From a virus (Duplodnaviria; Caudoviricetes), in IMG/VR virus record IMGVR_UViG_3300020045_006226, positions 1-39,245 of that record: DNA of 39,245 nt, one strand, 5' to 3'. Each line of letters opens with the position of its first letter. Position 1 is the first letter of the stretch. The position numbers and the translations under genes are program-made. Below the pieces are notes generated by a model. It was given only the letters and a program-made list of their open reading frames with translations. It did not search any database and was not told the origin of the DNA. This document shows, one piece after another, positions 16,937 to 25,223 of the stretch.

Positions 16937-18571
16937 ATGCAATTAAGATACTATCAATCAGATATGGTTAATTCTATATTTGAAGCCGAGAAGGTCCACA
17001 AATCGGTTTTATGTCAGTCAGCTACCGGATCAGGTAAAACAGTAATCATGTCTTTTTTTATAAAAGAATGGCTTAATCGGAATCCAGGCAAAAAAGTTTT
17101 GGTTTCGGTACATCGTGATGAACTTGTGGACCAAACGAGCTACACACTTGCAAGGCTCGGAATACTAAACGATAAAATTACGGCTAAATCAAAACCCGAT
17201 TTCAGTAATAATGTTTTTGTCGGAATGACGCAAACCATTCATTCACGAAAAATTAAACTCGATATTGGTTTATTTATTGTCGATGAAGCACACGAACAGG
17301 TCCATGTAAAAACGTTTCATTTATTCGATAATGCATTCAGGACCGGATTTACAGCAACTCCTTCATTAAACAAACGTATTACTTACTACGAATGCGAACA
17401 TTGTAATAAGAGATTTAAAACACGTGAAGTTTGCTGTTATAAGGACCATGCTATAAAATGGAGCGCACCAGTAACAATGTCAGAAACTTACGATACTGTA
17501 ATTGTTGGAATTCCAATTCGGGTCCTGATCGATGAAGGTTCTTTAGTGGATGAAATTATTTTTGATTACGATTACTATTCAGAATTAAAAGCGAAAGGAG
17601 ATGATGATTTTGACGAAAAAGAAATTGCAGAAGAAAGTATAAAACACGATCAAAACGTTTTAGATGAATATGGAGAAAAAGCAATCGGAAAAAAGACAAT
17701 GATTTTTACAGCTTCAACAAAACAAAATACTTCATTGGTCCAAACTTTTACTGAAGCAGGACATAAAATACAATCTTATGATTCTGTTAATAATGAAGTT
17801 TCAGAACGTAAAACAACGGTCCAATGGTTCAAAGAAACGGATGGAGCTATCCTTGTAAGTACCGGAACTTTTACAACTGGATTCGATGTTAAAGAAGTAG
17901 AGTGTATAATTGTAAACCGTCCGACAAAATCATTATCATTGTGGCATCAAATAATAGGTAGGGGAGCAAGACAGAGTGACTTAATATTTAAAGACAATTT
18001 CATTGTAATTGATTTAGGCGGAAATGTAAAACGTTTAGGTAAATGGTCCGATCAATTGGACTGGGAAGATATTTTTTATAATGGAGTAGTCAAGGCTAAA
18101 CAAAAAAAAGAAACTCTTGTACAATGCGAAAAATGCGGTTATAATTGGCTTGGTTCAAATAAAGATGAATGTCCTGATTGTGGACACGTTAATACAATAC
18201 AACTAGAAATAAGAGAACCACGTAGCGATGAAGATCAGGAACTCGATGTTGTGGATAAAAAAACAGTCGCCTTGCAAACAATACCTTTACCTAACGGAAA
18301 AAAAATTGCTGAGTTTGTTGTCAGGACTACAAATGATAAAAAAGACTATTATCGAATATTAATTGAAAAATATATTGATTTATGGAAGTTGTACAGAGTT
18401 ACAAAAGAAACATATTTGGAACGGATCAGGACGGGATATTTAAAGAAACGTATTCAGGAATACCTTAAAAAAAATTATGGTTACGTAAATATGATTCGAA
18501 ACGGCGTTCCTCGAACCTATTCATATCTTCAGGAAAAGATAGAAAGTAAATTAAAAACCATTTTTTCGTGA
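16937..18571 (+). CDS. SF2 DEAH-box helicase with Zn-finger motifs
   Basis: LRYYQ, ATGSGKT, DEAH, TAT, TGFD and QIIGRGAR motifs; CEKC...CPDC; ATG 16937 follows the leader. Confidence 0.93.
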   Translation: MQLRYYQSDMVNSIFEAEKVHKSVLCQSATGSGKTVIMSFFIKEWLNRNPGKKVLVSVHRDELVDQTSYTLARLGILNDKITAKSKPDFSNNVFVGMTQTIHSRKIKLDIGLFIVDEAHEQVHVKTFHLFDNAFRTGFTATPSLNKRITYYECEHCNKRFKTREVCCYKDHAIKWSAPVTMSETYDTVIVGIPIRVLIDEGSLVDEIIFDYDYYSELKAKGDDDFDEKEIAEESIKHDQNVLDEYGEKAIGKKTMIFTASTKQNTSLVQTFTEAGHKIQSYDSVNNEVSERKTTVQWFKETDGAILVSTGTFTTGFDVKEVECIIVNRPTKSLSLWHQIIGRGARQSDLIFKDNFIVIDLGGNVKRLGKWSDQLDWEDIFYNGVVKAKQKKETLVQCEKCGYNWLGSNKDECPDCGHVNTIQLEIREPRSDEDQELDVVDKKTVALQTIPLPNGKKIAEFVVRTTNDKKDYYRILIEKYIDLWKLYRVTKETYLERIRTGYLKKRIQEYLKKNYGYVNMIRNGVPRTYSYLQEKIESKLKTIFS

Positions 18572-18580
18572 TTTATCTTA

Positions 18581-18613
18581 AAGCCTTAACTTATAAATAG
18601 TTAAGGTTTTTTT
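18581..18613 (+). terminator. Intrinsic terminator
   Basis: AGCCTTAACT-7 nt-AGTTAAGGTT followed by a T run. Confidence 0.85.
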
Positions 18614-18629
18614 ATTTGTATTTACTTAC

Positions 18630-18835
18630 AAAAAAGCGTGACACATCGACAAAAAACCATACTCAGTAGTATATAATAAAAAACGAAAAGCTTAAATAAA
18701 AAATATTTTGTAAAAGCCAAAAAATACAAAGATAAGTCACTTGTCACGTAAAACACTATATTCTATATATTATTTATGATTTTTTATATTGGTTTTAGTG
18801 TCTTTGTCACTTTTTTTTATTACATTTGTCACTTA
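18630..18835. other. Putative replication origin with (T)GTCAC repeats
   Basis: AT-rich non-coding DNA in the replication module; GTGACA at 18638, AGTCAC at 18735, TGTCAC at 18742, 18805 and 18827. Confidence 0.5.
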
Positions 18836-18852
18836 ACGAAAAATATAAAAAT

Positions 18853-19512
18853 ATGTTTAGTAAAAAAGTAGAATTGATTTTAAAGGAAAGAACGATGAAT
18901 TTGTTTAATGATAAATGGTATGAGGATGTTTCTTTCAAAATAGAAGAAATATTCAATAATGATTCTAAAGGATATGTTTATTTTATAAAAAGTGAACATT
19001 CCGGATACTATAAGATTGGAATAGCTAAAAACATAATCAATAGATTAAATTCTTTAAAACAAACAAACGGTTCTATTTTATTAATAGGTTTTGTTTATTC
19101 TGAAAATTATAAGGATTTAGAAAGAAGTCTTCATTTAAAGTTTAAAAACAAAAATGTTTACGGTGAATGGTTTTCAATGGATTTTTCAGTTATTACAAAT
19201 GAATTGAAAGAATTAAAAGGAACTGAAATTACTAAAAGGTATGTTTCTACTATGATAATTGAAAACGGAGATTATTTGTCTCATGATATTTTAAATAATG
19301 ATGATGTAATAGAGAAATCTTTATTTGCTATAATTAAAGAAAGAATAGTTTTAAATGAAAAATACAGTACCCAAAAGCTATTTAAAGAGTTGCAATTGCA
19401 GAACGTGTCTCAAAGGAAGTTTACAACTACCGTTATGAAGTATTGTGAAGTAAACGGATTTAAATATATTTCCAGCAGAACAAATTCTACTAGATTTTTT
19501 ACAATAGTTTAA
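18853..19512 (+). CDS. T5orf172/GIY-YIG-superfamily protein with a primase-like C-terminal domain
   Basis: GYVYFIK..YYKIG..RLNSL..LERSLHLKF..GEWF; TACATTTG promoter at 18821-18828. Confidence 0.85.
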   Translation: MFSKKVELILKERTMNLFNDKWYEDVSFKIEEIFNNDSKGYVYFIKSEHSGYYKIGIAKNIINRLNSLKQTNGSILLIGFVYSENYKDLERSLHLKFKNKNVYGEWFSMDFSVITNELKELKGTEITKRYVSTMIIENGDYLSHDILNNDDVIEKSLFAIIKERIVLNEKYSTQKLFKELQLQNVSQRKFTTTVMKYCEVNGFKYISSRTNSTRFFTIV

Positions 19513-19522
19513 TTTTTTTTAT

Positions 19523-19633
19523 TATATTTGTATTGTAGTTGCCTCTTCACATTATAGCAACGTTAGTATTACACAACTCCTATAAGGACGAACGAAGTGA
19601 AGAGCGTTTTGAATTATGGGAGTTTTTGTTTTT
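19523..19633 (+). promoter_or_regulatory. Promoter TATATTTG plus structured leader/attenuator 3, upstream of the primase
   Basis: Hairpin GTTGC-CTCTTCACATTATA-GCAAC; terminator 19575-19624 with apical loop AAGTGAAGAG complementary to CTCTTCAC. Confidence 0.75.
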
Positions 19634-19649
19634 AATCCAAATTTGAATT

Positions 19650-21998
19650 ATGCCAATAATATCAATTTTTAAAAAAATAACCGATGTTAACAATCCTTTC
19701 AATAAGGACGTTTCATACGCTTTAAAAAGAATTCAAGAAGGTAAATCAAAAGATTTTGTTGAGCAGTTACGTTTAATGAATCCAGAAGATTACGCAAAGA
19801 ATAAATCAAAACTTCCTGTTGTTTGTTTTAATGGAAAATTCAAAAGCCGATCAATAACCGGATTAATTGAACACTCAGGGTTAATTATTTTAGATTTTGA
19901 TAAATTCAAAACCAAAGACGAAGCAATTGAATTTAAGAACTATATTTTAAGTGATGAGTATATTTATTCCGTTTGGATTTCTCCTTCTGCATTGGGTGTT
20001 AAAATATTGGTTAAAATTCCTGGTATTACAGAAAATCACAAAGGATATTTTCAATCATTGAAAAAATACTTTAATCATCCTAATTGGGATGATTCCGGAA
20101 GCGATGTGAGCAGGACTTGTTTTGAAAGTTACGACCCTGATATTTACATTAATCCTGAAAGTTCAAAGTGGACCGAATTAGAAGAACCTGAGATTGAAGA
20201 AATAGGAACTTATGAGCCTATCGTAAGAATGACTTCATCAAACCAGATAGTTGAAAAATTATTGGTTTGGTGGACCAAAAAATACGGAATGAATAAAGGT
20301 TCAAAGAATAATAATTTGCACAAGTTAGCAAGTGCATTCAATGATTTTTCCATTGATTACAATGATGCGCTTTCGGAATGTATGAAATATGATGAAGGAG
20401 GTAAACAAAAAGAAATTGAAGCGTTGGTACGTTCTGCTTATAAAAGACCTTCTGCAGGAAAAGCATTTGAAGATACTTCACAAAAAGAAAAGATTGAAAA
20501 AATGGTCCGTTCTGGTAAATCGGTAAAGGATATTGAAAAAGTTTACAAAGATGTAGATATTTCCAGAATAAAAGAAACATTAGATATTGATGAATTTTGG
20601 TTTTATAATGATAAAGGAAAAGTTGTTCTTTCAACTCATAAGTTTAAATTTTGGTTAGAGCAAAACAATTTCTTCAAATACTATCCTTCAGAGCAAAGCA
20701 ATACTTTTACATTTATAAAAAAGGATCAGAACTTATTGGAAGAAACCAACGAAAAAAGAATAAAAGATTATGTTTTAAAAAATATATTGGACCGTTCTAA
20801 CATTGGCTATGGTCCTTATGATTACATGGCTTCAAATAGCGGTTATTTTAAACCTGATTTTCTTTCAATGCTAGATACTACAGAAGTAGAAATAAAAGAA
20901 GATACGTCAACTGAATGCTATTTGTATTTTAAAAATTGTGTCGTCAAAGTAACTTCTGAAAAAATAGAAAAAATTGATTATTTAGACCTTGATGGTTATG
21001 TGTGGAGAAGACAGATAATTGACAGGAATTACGAAACATTCGATCATCACGAATCAGAGTTCAGGACCTACTTATGGCTTGCATCCGGTAAAGATGTACA
21101 AAAGTACAATTCATTAAAAAGCGTTATTGGTTACCTATTGCACAGTTTTAAAACGAGCGCAAACAATAAAGCAATTATTTTTAATGACGAAACTATTTCA
21201 GAGAACCCAAACGGAGGAAGCGGAAAAGGTATTTTTTGGAATGGATTAAAAAACATGAAAAAGGTTTCCAGAATTGATGGTAAAATGTTTGAGCCAACTA
21301 AAACTTTTCCTTACCAAACTGTTTCAACTGATACTCAAATTTTAGTATTCGATGATGTTAAAAAGAATTTCAACTTTGAGAACCTATTTAGTCTTATAAC
21401 GGAGGGAATCACACTTGAATACAAAGGACAGGATGCAATTACTATTCCGGTGGAAAAAAGTCCAAAAATATTGATTACAACAAATTATACTGTTGGAGGT
21501 ATTGGAGGATCATTTGAGCGAAGAAAGTTTGAGGTTGAAATGTCCTCATACTTCAGTCACAAACACACTCCTTTAGATGAATTTGGACATATGCTTTATT
21601 CTGATTGGGATCAAAAAGAATGGTTACGTTTTGATAATTTTATGATTAATTGCGAACAATACTATCTTAAAAAAGGATTAGTAAAACACAATTTCAATAA
21701 TCTTGAAGTTAGAAAATTCATTAAAGAAACTTCTTATGAGTTTTACGAATGGAGTTCGGACCGTGAAAATTTACCGCATAACTTTAGAATTGATAAAACC
21801 GAATACTTTACAAAATTCTGTAATGAGTACCAAGATTTTAAAAAGTTTCTATCGCAAAGAAAGTTTACGCAATGGCTCGAATCTTATGGTAAATATTATA
21901 ATTTAAAATATGTATCAGGTAGGACAAATTCAACACGATGGATTGATTTTGAGGACCCGACACAACCAATTGACAACGATAACGAAATACCATTTTAA
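19650..21998 (+). CDS. Primase-helicase (BT4734/VirE-N-like primase domain, PriCT-like region, SF3/D5-like helicase)
   Basis: KSKLP..HSGLIILDFD..ISPS..DVSRTCFESYDP; Walker A GGSGKG, Walker B LVFDD, motif C ITTN. Confidence 0.88.
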   Translation: MPIISIFKKITDVNNPFNKDVSYALKRIQEGKSKDFVEQLRLMNPEDYAKNKSKLPVVCFNGKFKSRSITGLIEHSGLIILDFDKFKTKDEAIEFKNYILSDEYIYSVWISPSALGVKILVKIPGITENHKGYFQSLKKYFNHPNWDDSGSDVSRTCFESYDPDIYINPESSKWTELEEPEIEEIGTYEPIVRMTSSNQIVEKLLVWWTKKYGMNKGSKNNNLHKLASAFNDFSIDYNDALSECMKYDEGGKQKEIEALVRSAYKRPSAGKAFEDTSQKEKIEKMVRSGKSVKDIEKVYKDVDISRIKETLDIDEFWFYNDKGKVVLSTHKFKFWLEQNNFFKYYPSEQSNTFTFIKKDQNLLEETNEKRIKDYVLKNILDRSNIGYGPYDYMASNSGYFKPDFLSMLDTTEVEIKEDTSTECYLYFKNCVVKVTSEKIEKIDYLDLDGYVWRRQIIDRNYETFDHHESEFRTYLWLASGKDVQKYNSLKSVIGYLLHSFKTSANNKAIIFNDETISENPNGGSGKGIFWNGLKNMKKVSRIDGKMFEPTKTFPYQTVSTDTQILVFDDVKKNFNFENLFSLITEGITLEYKGQDAITIPVEKSPKILITTNYTVGGIGGSFERRKFEVEMSSYFSHKHTPLDEFGHMLYSDWDQKEWLRFDNFMINCEQYYLKKGLVKHNFNNLEVRKFIKETSYEFYEWSSDRENLPHNFRIDKTEYFTKFCNEYQDFKKFLSQRKFTQWLESYGKYYNLKYVSGRTNSTRWIDFEDPTQPIDNDNEIPF

Positions 21999-22000
21999 AA

Positions 22001-22324
22001 ATGACAGAACATACACTACAACTTGAATGCATATCATATTTTAGAAACCAATTTGAACGACACGGAAAAGGAGTAATTATTCCGGTCCTAAATGAATTAG
22101 CATCGAAACGAAAAGATTTAGTAATTTGTTTGGGGTGCTCGGACCTTATACTCGTAATGAATAATAGAGTTATGTTTTGCGAGTTGAAAGTTGGATATAA
22201 CCAACAGCAACAAAATCAAAAGGAGTTTGAAAAAGTTGTCAATCTACTTGGTTACGAATATCACTTAATAAGATCACTAAATGAATTTAAAAACATTTTA
22301 CTCAAAGAACAACCGACCATTTAG
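22001..22324 (+). CDS. VRR-NUC domain nuclease
   Basis: TEHTLQ, GCSDL, FCELK, Q...F, IRS pattern. Confidence 0.85.
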   Translation: MTEHTLQLECISYFRNQFERHGKGVIIPVLNELASKRKDLVICLGCSDLILVMNNRVMFCELKVGYNQQQQNQKEFEKVVNLLGYEYHLIRSLNEFKNILLKEQPTI

Positions 22325-22439
22325 ACTTAGTGGGATAACTGAAGCCGAATGTATTATTAAGTGGCTCGATACCGGTTTATTCGAAACGTTCCCCTACCCA
22401 AAAATTGAGCCTTATTTGAAAACTAAAACGAATGAATGA
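22281..22439 (+). CDS. 52 aa hypothetical protein; not in the ORF track
   Basis: MNLKTFYSKNNRPFRLSG...KTKTNE; fills the gap with overlaps at both ends. Confidence 0.5.
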   Translation: MNLKTFYSKNNRPFRLSGITEAECIIKWLDTGLFETFPYPKIEPYLKTKTNE

Positions 22440-22764
22440 AATGGAAACGAAATGTATTAAATGCAAAAAAGAATTATGGTTACGTGATGAAGATGCCGGA
22501 TTAGAAAAAGAGATTAGGCGTATTTGTGAAAAATGCCAAGACGTAGAAAGGCGGGTATTAGAATTTAAACAGCAATTCAAAATATCAGTAGAACCACATA
22601 AATATACAGGAGGTCAAATGTGCGGAATTATGCCAAGTACAGTAATCGGAACGCATGAAGAATTAGGAATTGAAATACGTATCAAAGCACATCGACAAAA
22701 TTATAAGAATCGTGAACTATTGCAAACAGTATTCGATTTGATATTTGACGATATTGTGAAGTAA
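22432..22764 (+). CDS. Hypothetical protein with an N-terminal CxxC...CxxC zinc motif
   Basis: CIKC and CEKC; flanked by a 17 bp direct repeat. Confidence 0.7.
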   Translation: MNEMETKCIKCKKELWLRDEDAGLEKEIRRICEKCQDVERRVLEFKQQFKISVEPHKYTGGQMCGIMPSTVIGTHEELGIEIRIKAHRQNYKNRELLQTVFDLIFDDIVK

Positions 22765-22799
22765 CAAGTATTATTTGAAAACTAAAAATAACGAATGAA

Positions 22800-23045
22800 A
22801 TGAGTATAAAAGAAATTATTACATAATTGCTTAATCACGAAATATCAAAATCAGAAGCTATTAACATGCTTGAAAAACATCGTGATTCATTTATAAATAA
22901 AAATTCATTAGAATTTGAAGTAAAATAAACAGCTTTTACAGTTGTATATAATCATGGAAAAATAACTATTGAAATACCGTACGGATATGAAAAAATGAAA
23001 CACATTAAAAAAGGAGATAAAATAGATGTGTTGCTAATCAACTAA
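22800..23045 (+). pseudogene. Gene-like frame with two internal TAA stops
   Basis: MSIKEIIT*LLNHEISKSEAINMLEK...EVK*TAFTVV...GDKIDVLLIN*. Confidence 0.55.
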
Positions 23046-23081
23046 CCAACCTAATTTTAAATAACATTAAAAAAATAGATT

Positions 23082-23264
23082 ATGAAAAGTATAACGGAAA
23101 ATTTTAAATGTGGCAAATGCAATAACGGTATTGTAACCCGTAAATTACAAGAAACAAAAAAGCATGTAGATATTACAATGCGAAAATGTGATAATTGTAA
23201 ATACCAATACGGAGTAAAAGAAGTGAACGAACTTGAAATTATTGCAGAAGTCGGCAACGAATAA
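23082..23264 (+). CDS. Zinc-ribbon small protein
   Basis: CGKC...CDNC. Confidence 0.7.
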   Translation: MKSITENFKCGKCNNGIVTRKLQETKKHVDITMRKCDNCKYQYGVKEVNELEIIAEVGNE

Positions 23265-23320
23265 CCCCTAAAACAGCTATTAACTATTAACGGAATGTTT
23301 GGAGATAAAAAATAGAAAAT

Positions 23321-23476
23321 ATGAATACACCATACGAAGATGCAAAAAGATATTTTGATAAATTAGGAAAAGAAAAAGCTTTAGAGCATATTGAGGTTGC
23401 TATTAAATCTATGATCCGAAGTTGTCCAATTAAAAGACATACCAAATTAATTAAAAAAGAACTCCTAAAAATGTAA
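23321..23476 (+). CDS. 51 aa hypothetical protein; not in the ORF track
   Basis: MNTPYEDAKRYFDK...; ends 2 nt before the MTase start. Confidence 0.55.
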   Translation: MNTPYEDAKRYFDKLGKEKALEHIEVAIKSMIRSCPIKRHTKLIKKELLKM

Positions 23477-23478
23477 TT

Positions 23479-24255
23479 ATGATAAACGAAATACATAATG
23501 AAGATTGCATACAAACAATGCTTAAAATGCAAAGCAATTCAGTAAATGGAATTATAACAAGTCCACCATATAACACAAGCCGAAAAGGATCCAGTTTAGA
23601 TAATGCACAAGCAAATATTCGCTACGATGAATTTTATGATTGCAAAACGGATTCTGAATATATCGATTGGACATTAAATATTTTTAATCACTACGATTTA
23701 GTATTAAAAGAAAACGGAGTTATACTTTATAACATTTCTTATAGTTCAGAAAATACGCATTTAATGTGGTTGGTAATTTCACAAATAATTACAAATACAA
23801 AATTTACTATTGCTGATTGTATTGTATGGAAAAAGAAAAGTACTTCGCCTAATTCATGCAGTCCAAATAAATTGACTAGGATTTGCGAATATGTTTTTGT
23901 AATTTGCCGTAAAAATGAAATAGATACTTTTCAATGTAACAAAGAAGTAAGTTCTGAACGTAAAACCGGCCAGCTCGCATACAAAAACTATTTTAATTTC
24001 ATTGAAGCAAAAAACAATGATGGCAGTACTGAAAGTCACAAAGCAACTTTTAGCAGTGAATTAGTACGTAAGCTGATAAAACTTTATATCAAAGAACATG
24101 ATTTAGTTTATGATAATTTTATGGGCACCGGAACAACCGCAGTTGCATGCATCAAAGAAAATGTAAATTACATCGGATCTGAAATAAGTAAAAATTATTG
24201 TGAGATAGCAAATAAAAGAATCGAAACATTAACCAATCAAATGACTTTATTTTAA
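23479..24255 (+). CDS. N4-cytosine/N6-adenine DNA methyltransferase, beta class
   Basis: Motif IV TSPPY precedes motif I DNFMGTGTT. Confidence 0.93.
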   Translation: MINEIHNEDCIQTMLKMQSNSVNGIITSPPYNTSRKGSSLDNAQANIRYDEFYDCKTDSEYIDWTLNIFNHYDLVLKENGVILYNISYSSENTHLMWLVISQIITNTKFTIADCIVWKKKSTSPNSCSPNKLTRICEYVFVICRKNEIDTFQCNKEVSSERKTGQLAYKNYFNFIEAKNNDGSTESHKATFSSELVRKLIKLYIKEHDLVYDNFMGTGTTAVACIKENVNYIGSEISKNYCEIANKRIETLTNQMTLF

Positions 24256-24483
24256 ATGGAACGTAGAGAAATATTATTTTGCAATTTAACTGTATCTGAT
24301 GGTAAAAAACAAAAAGTAATTGAAAAGTGTGTTATTTTAAAAGGCGATACTGTGTACAAAAAACAGAATATTTTGAAAGTAGAGTTTATCAGAAGCTTAG
24401 GATTTGAAAATAAAGCAAACGGATTTACTGAAGCTACTAAATCAGACGAAAAAAGAAATACTACAACAGGTGCTTATGATTAG
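24256..24483 (+). CDS. Hypothetical protein
   Basis: 75 aa ORF abutting the MTase. Confidence 0.65.
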   Translation: MERREILFCNLTVSDGKKQKVIEKCVILKGDTVYKKQNILKVEFIRSLGFENKANGFTEATKSDEKRNTTTGAYD

Positions 24484-24573
24484 CCGACATTAAGCAACTT
24501 TATTTGGAAGGGAGAAAACAAAACTTGCGCAGTAAGTAAAATAAAACTAAATTTATAGTCTAAAAAATTAAAC

Positions 24574-24768
24574 ATGAAAAAAGATTTATTAAAACAGATA
24601 ATAGAAATAACTGGATTGTCTCAAAGAGAGTTTGCAAATAAAATAGGATCAACTGAATTTCAAGTTAGTAATTGGCTTGCAGGGCGCAGAAACATTAGAA
24701 ACGAAAGGCTTGAATCGATAGCAAAACAATTTAATTTGAAAATAACCTATAAAATACTTGCACAATAA
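24574..24768 (+). CDS. XRE/Cro-like HTH regulator
   Basis: GLSQREFANKIGSTEFQVSNWLAGRR. Confidence 0.88.
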   Translation: MKKDLLKQIIEITGLSQREFANKIGSTEFQVSNWLAGRRNIRNERLESIAKQFNLKITYKILAQ

Positions 24769-24788
24769 GTGAAAGTAACATATCTTTG
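24758..24788 (+). promoter_or_regulatory. Promoter TTG-N20-TATCTTTG overlapped by an operator-like repeat
   Basis: Consensus match; near copy upstream at 24523-24555. Confidence 0.75.
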
Positions 24789-24819
24789 AATCATAATAAT
24801 AAACCTAAAAATTAAAATT

Positions 24820-25005
24820 ATGAAAGTAGTATTTAGAAATGAAGAAAACGAAGATTTGTTTGTAGTATCAAAGAATGAGGCAAAAAACTTTGTTTTACCA
24901 AGAGTAGGCGAGGATGTTATTTGGATGAAGTTATTCTTAACTGTAAAATCCATAACACACAATTACGATGCAAAACAAATTGAAATTGATTGCGAAATAG
25001 CTTAA
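24820..25005 (+). CDS. Hypothetical protein
   Basis: 61 aa ORF after the promoter. Confidence 0.7.
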   Translation: MKVVFRNEENEDLFVVSKNEAKNFVLPRVGEDVIWMKLFLTVKSITHNYDAKQIEIDCEIA

Positions 25006-25055
25006 AATTAATAAAAAAACAAAGGCGGGTGAAAATCCCGCTTTAAAATAGAATT

Positions 25056-25223
25056 ATGGAAACAAAATACACAAAACAGCAAATTGAACAATTAAACAAA
25101 ATGAATCGTGGTGCTTTTGTACATGTAAAACAGCATTGGTTTGATGCTTTTTACGACTACATCGGAAACTTTATCCACAATGGAAAATCAATTGCTCCGG
25201 TTGAATTAAAAAGATTTAGATAA
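25056..25223 (+). CDS. 55 aa hypothetical protein; not in the ORF track
   Basis: METKYTKQQIEQLNK...; ATTATG context. Confidence 0.6.
   Translation: METKYTKQQIEQLNKMNRGAFVHVKQHWFDAFYDYIGNFIHNGKSIAPVELKRFR

Noticed and set aside
21703-21906. Alternative-frame + ORF within the primase gene
   Set aside because: TTG start, fully nested, no supporting signal
15748-22930. Stop-codon reassignment to explain the internal TGA/TAA codons
   Set aside because: TAA, TAG and TGA all end well-defined genes here, large genes are uninterrupted and I saw no suppressor tRNA
25021-25044. Hairpin GCGGG-TGAAAAT-CCCGC as a fourth loop-pairing leader
   Set aside because: No upstream complement to the loop was seen and the T tract is short
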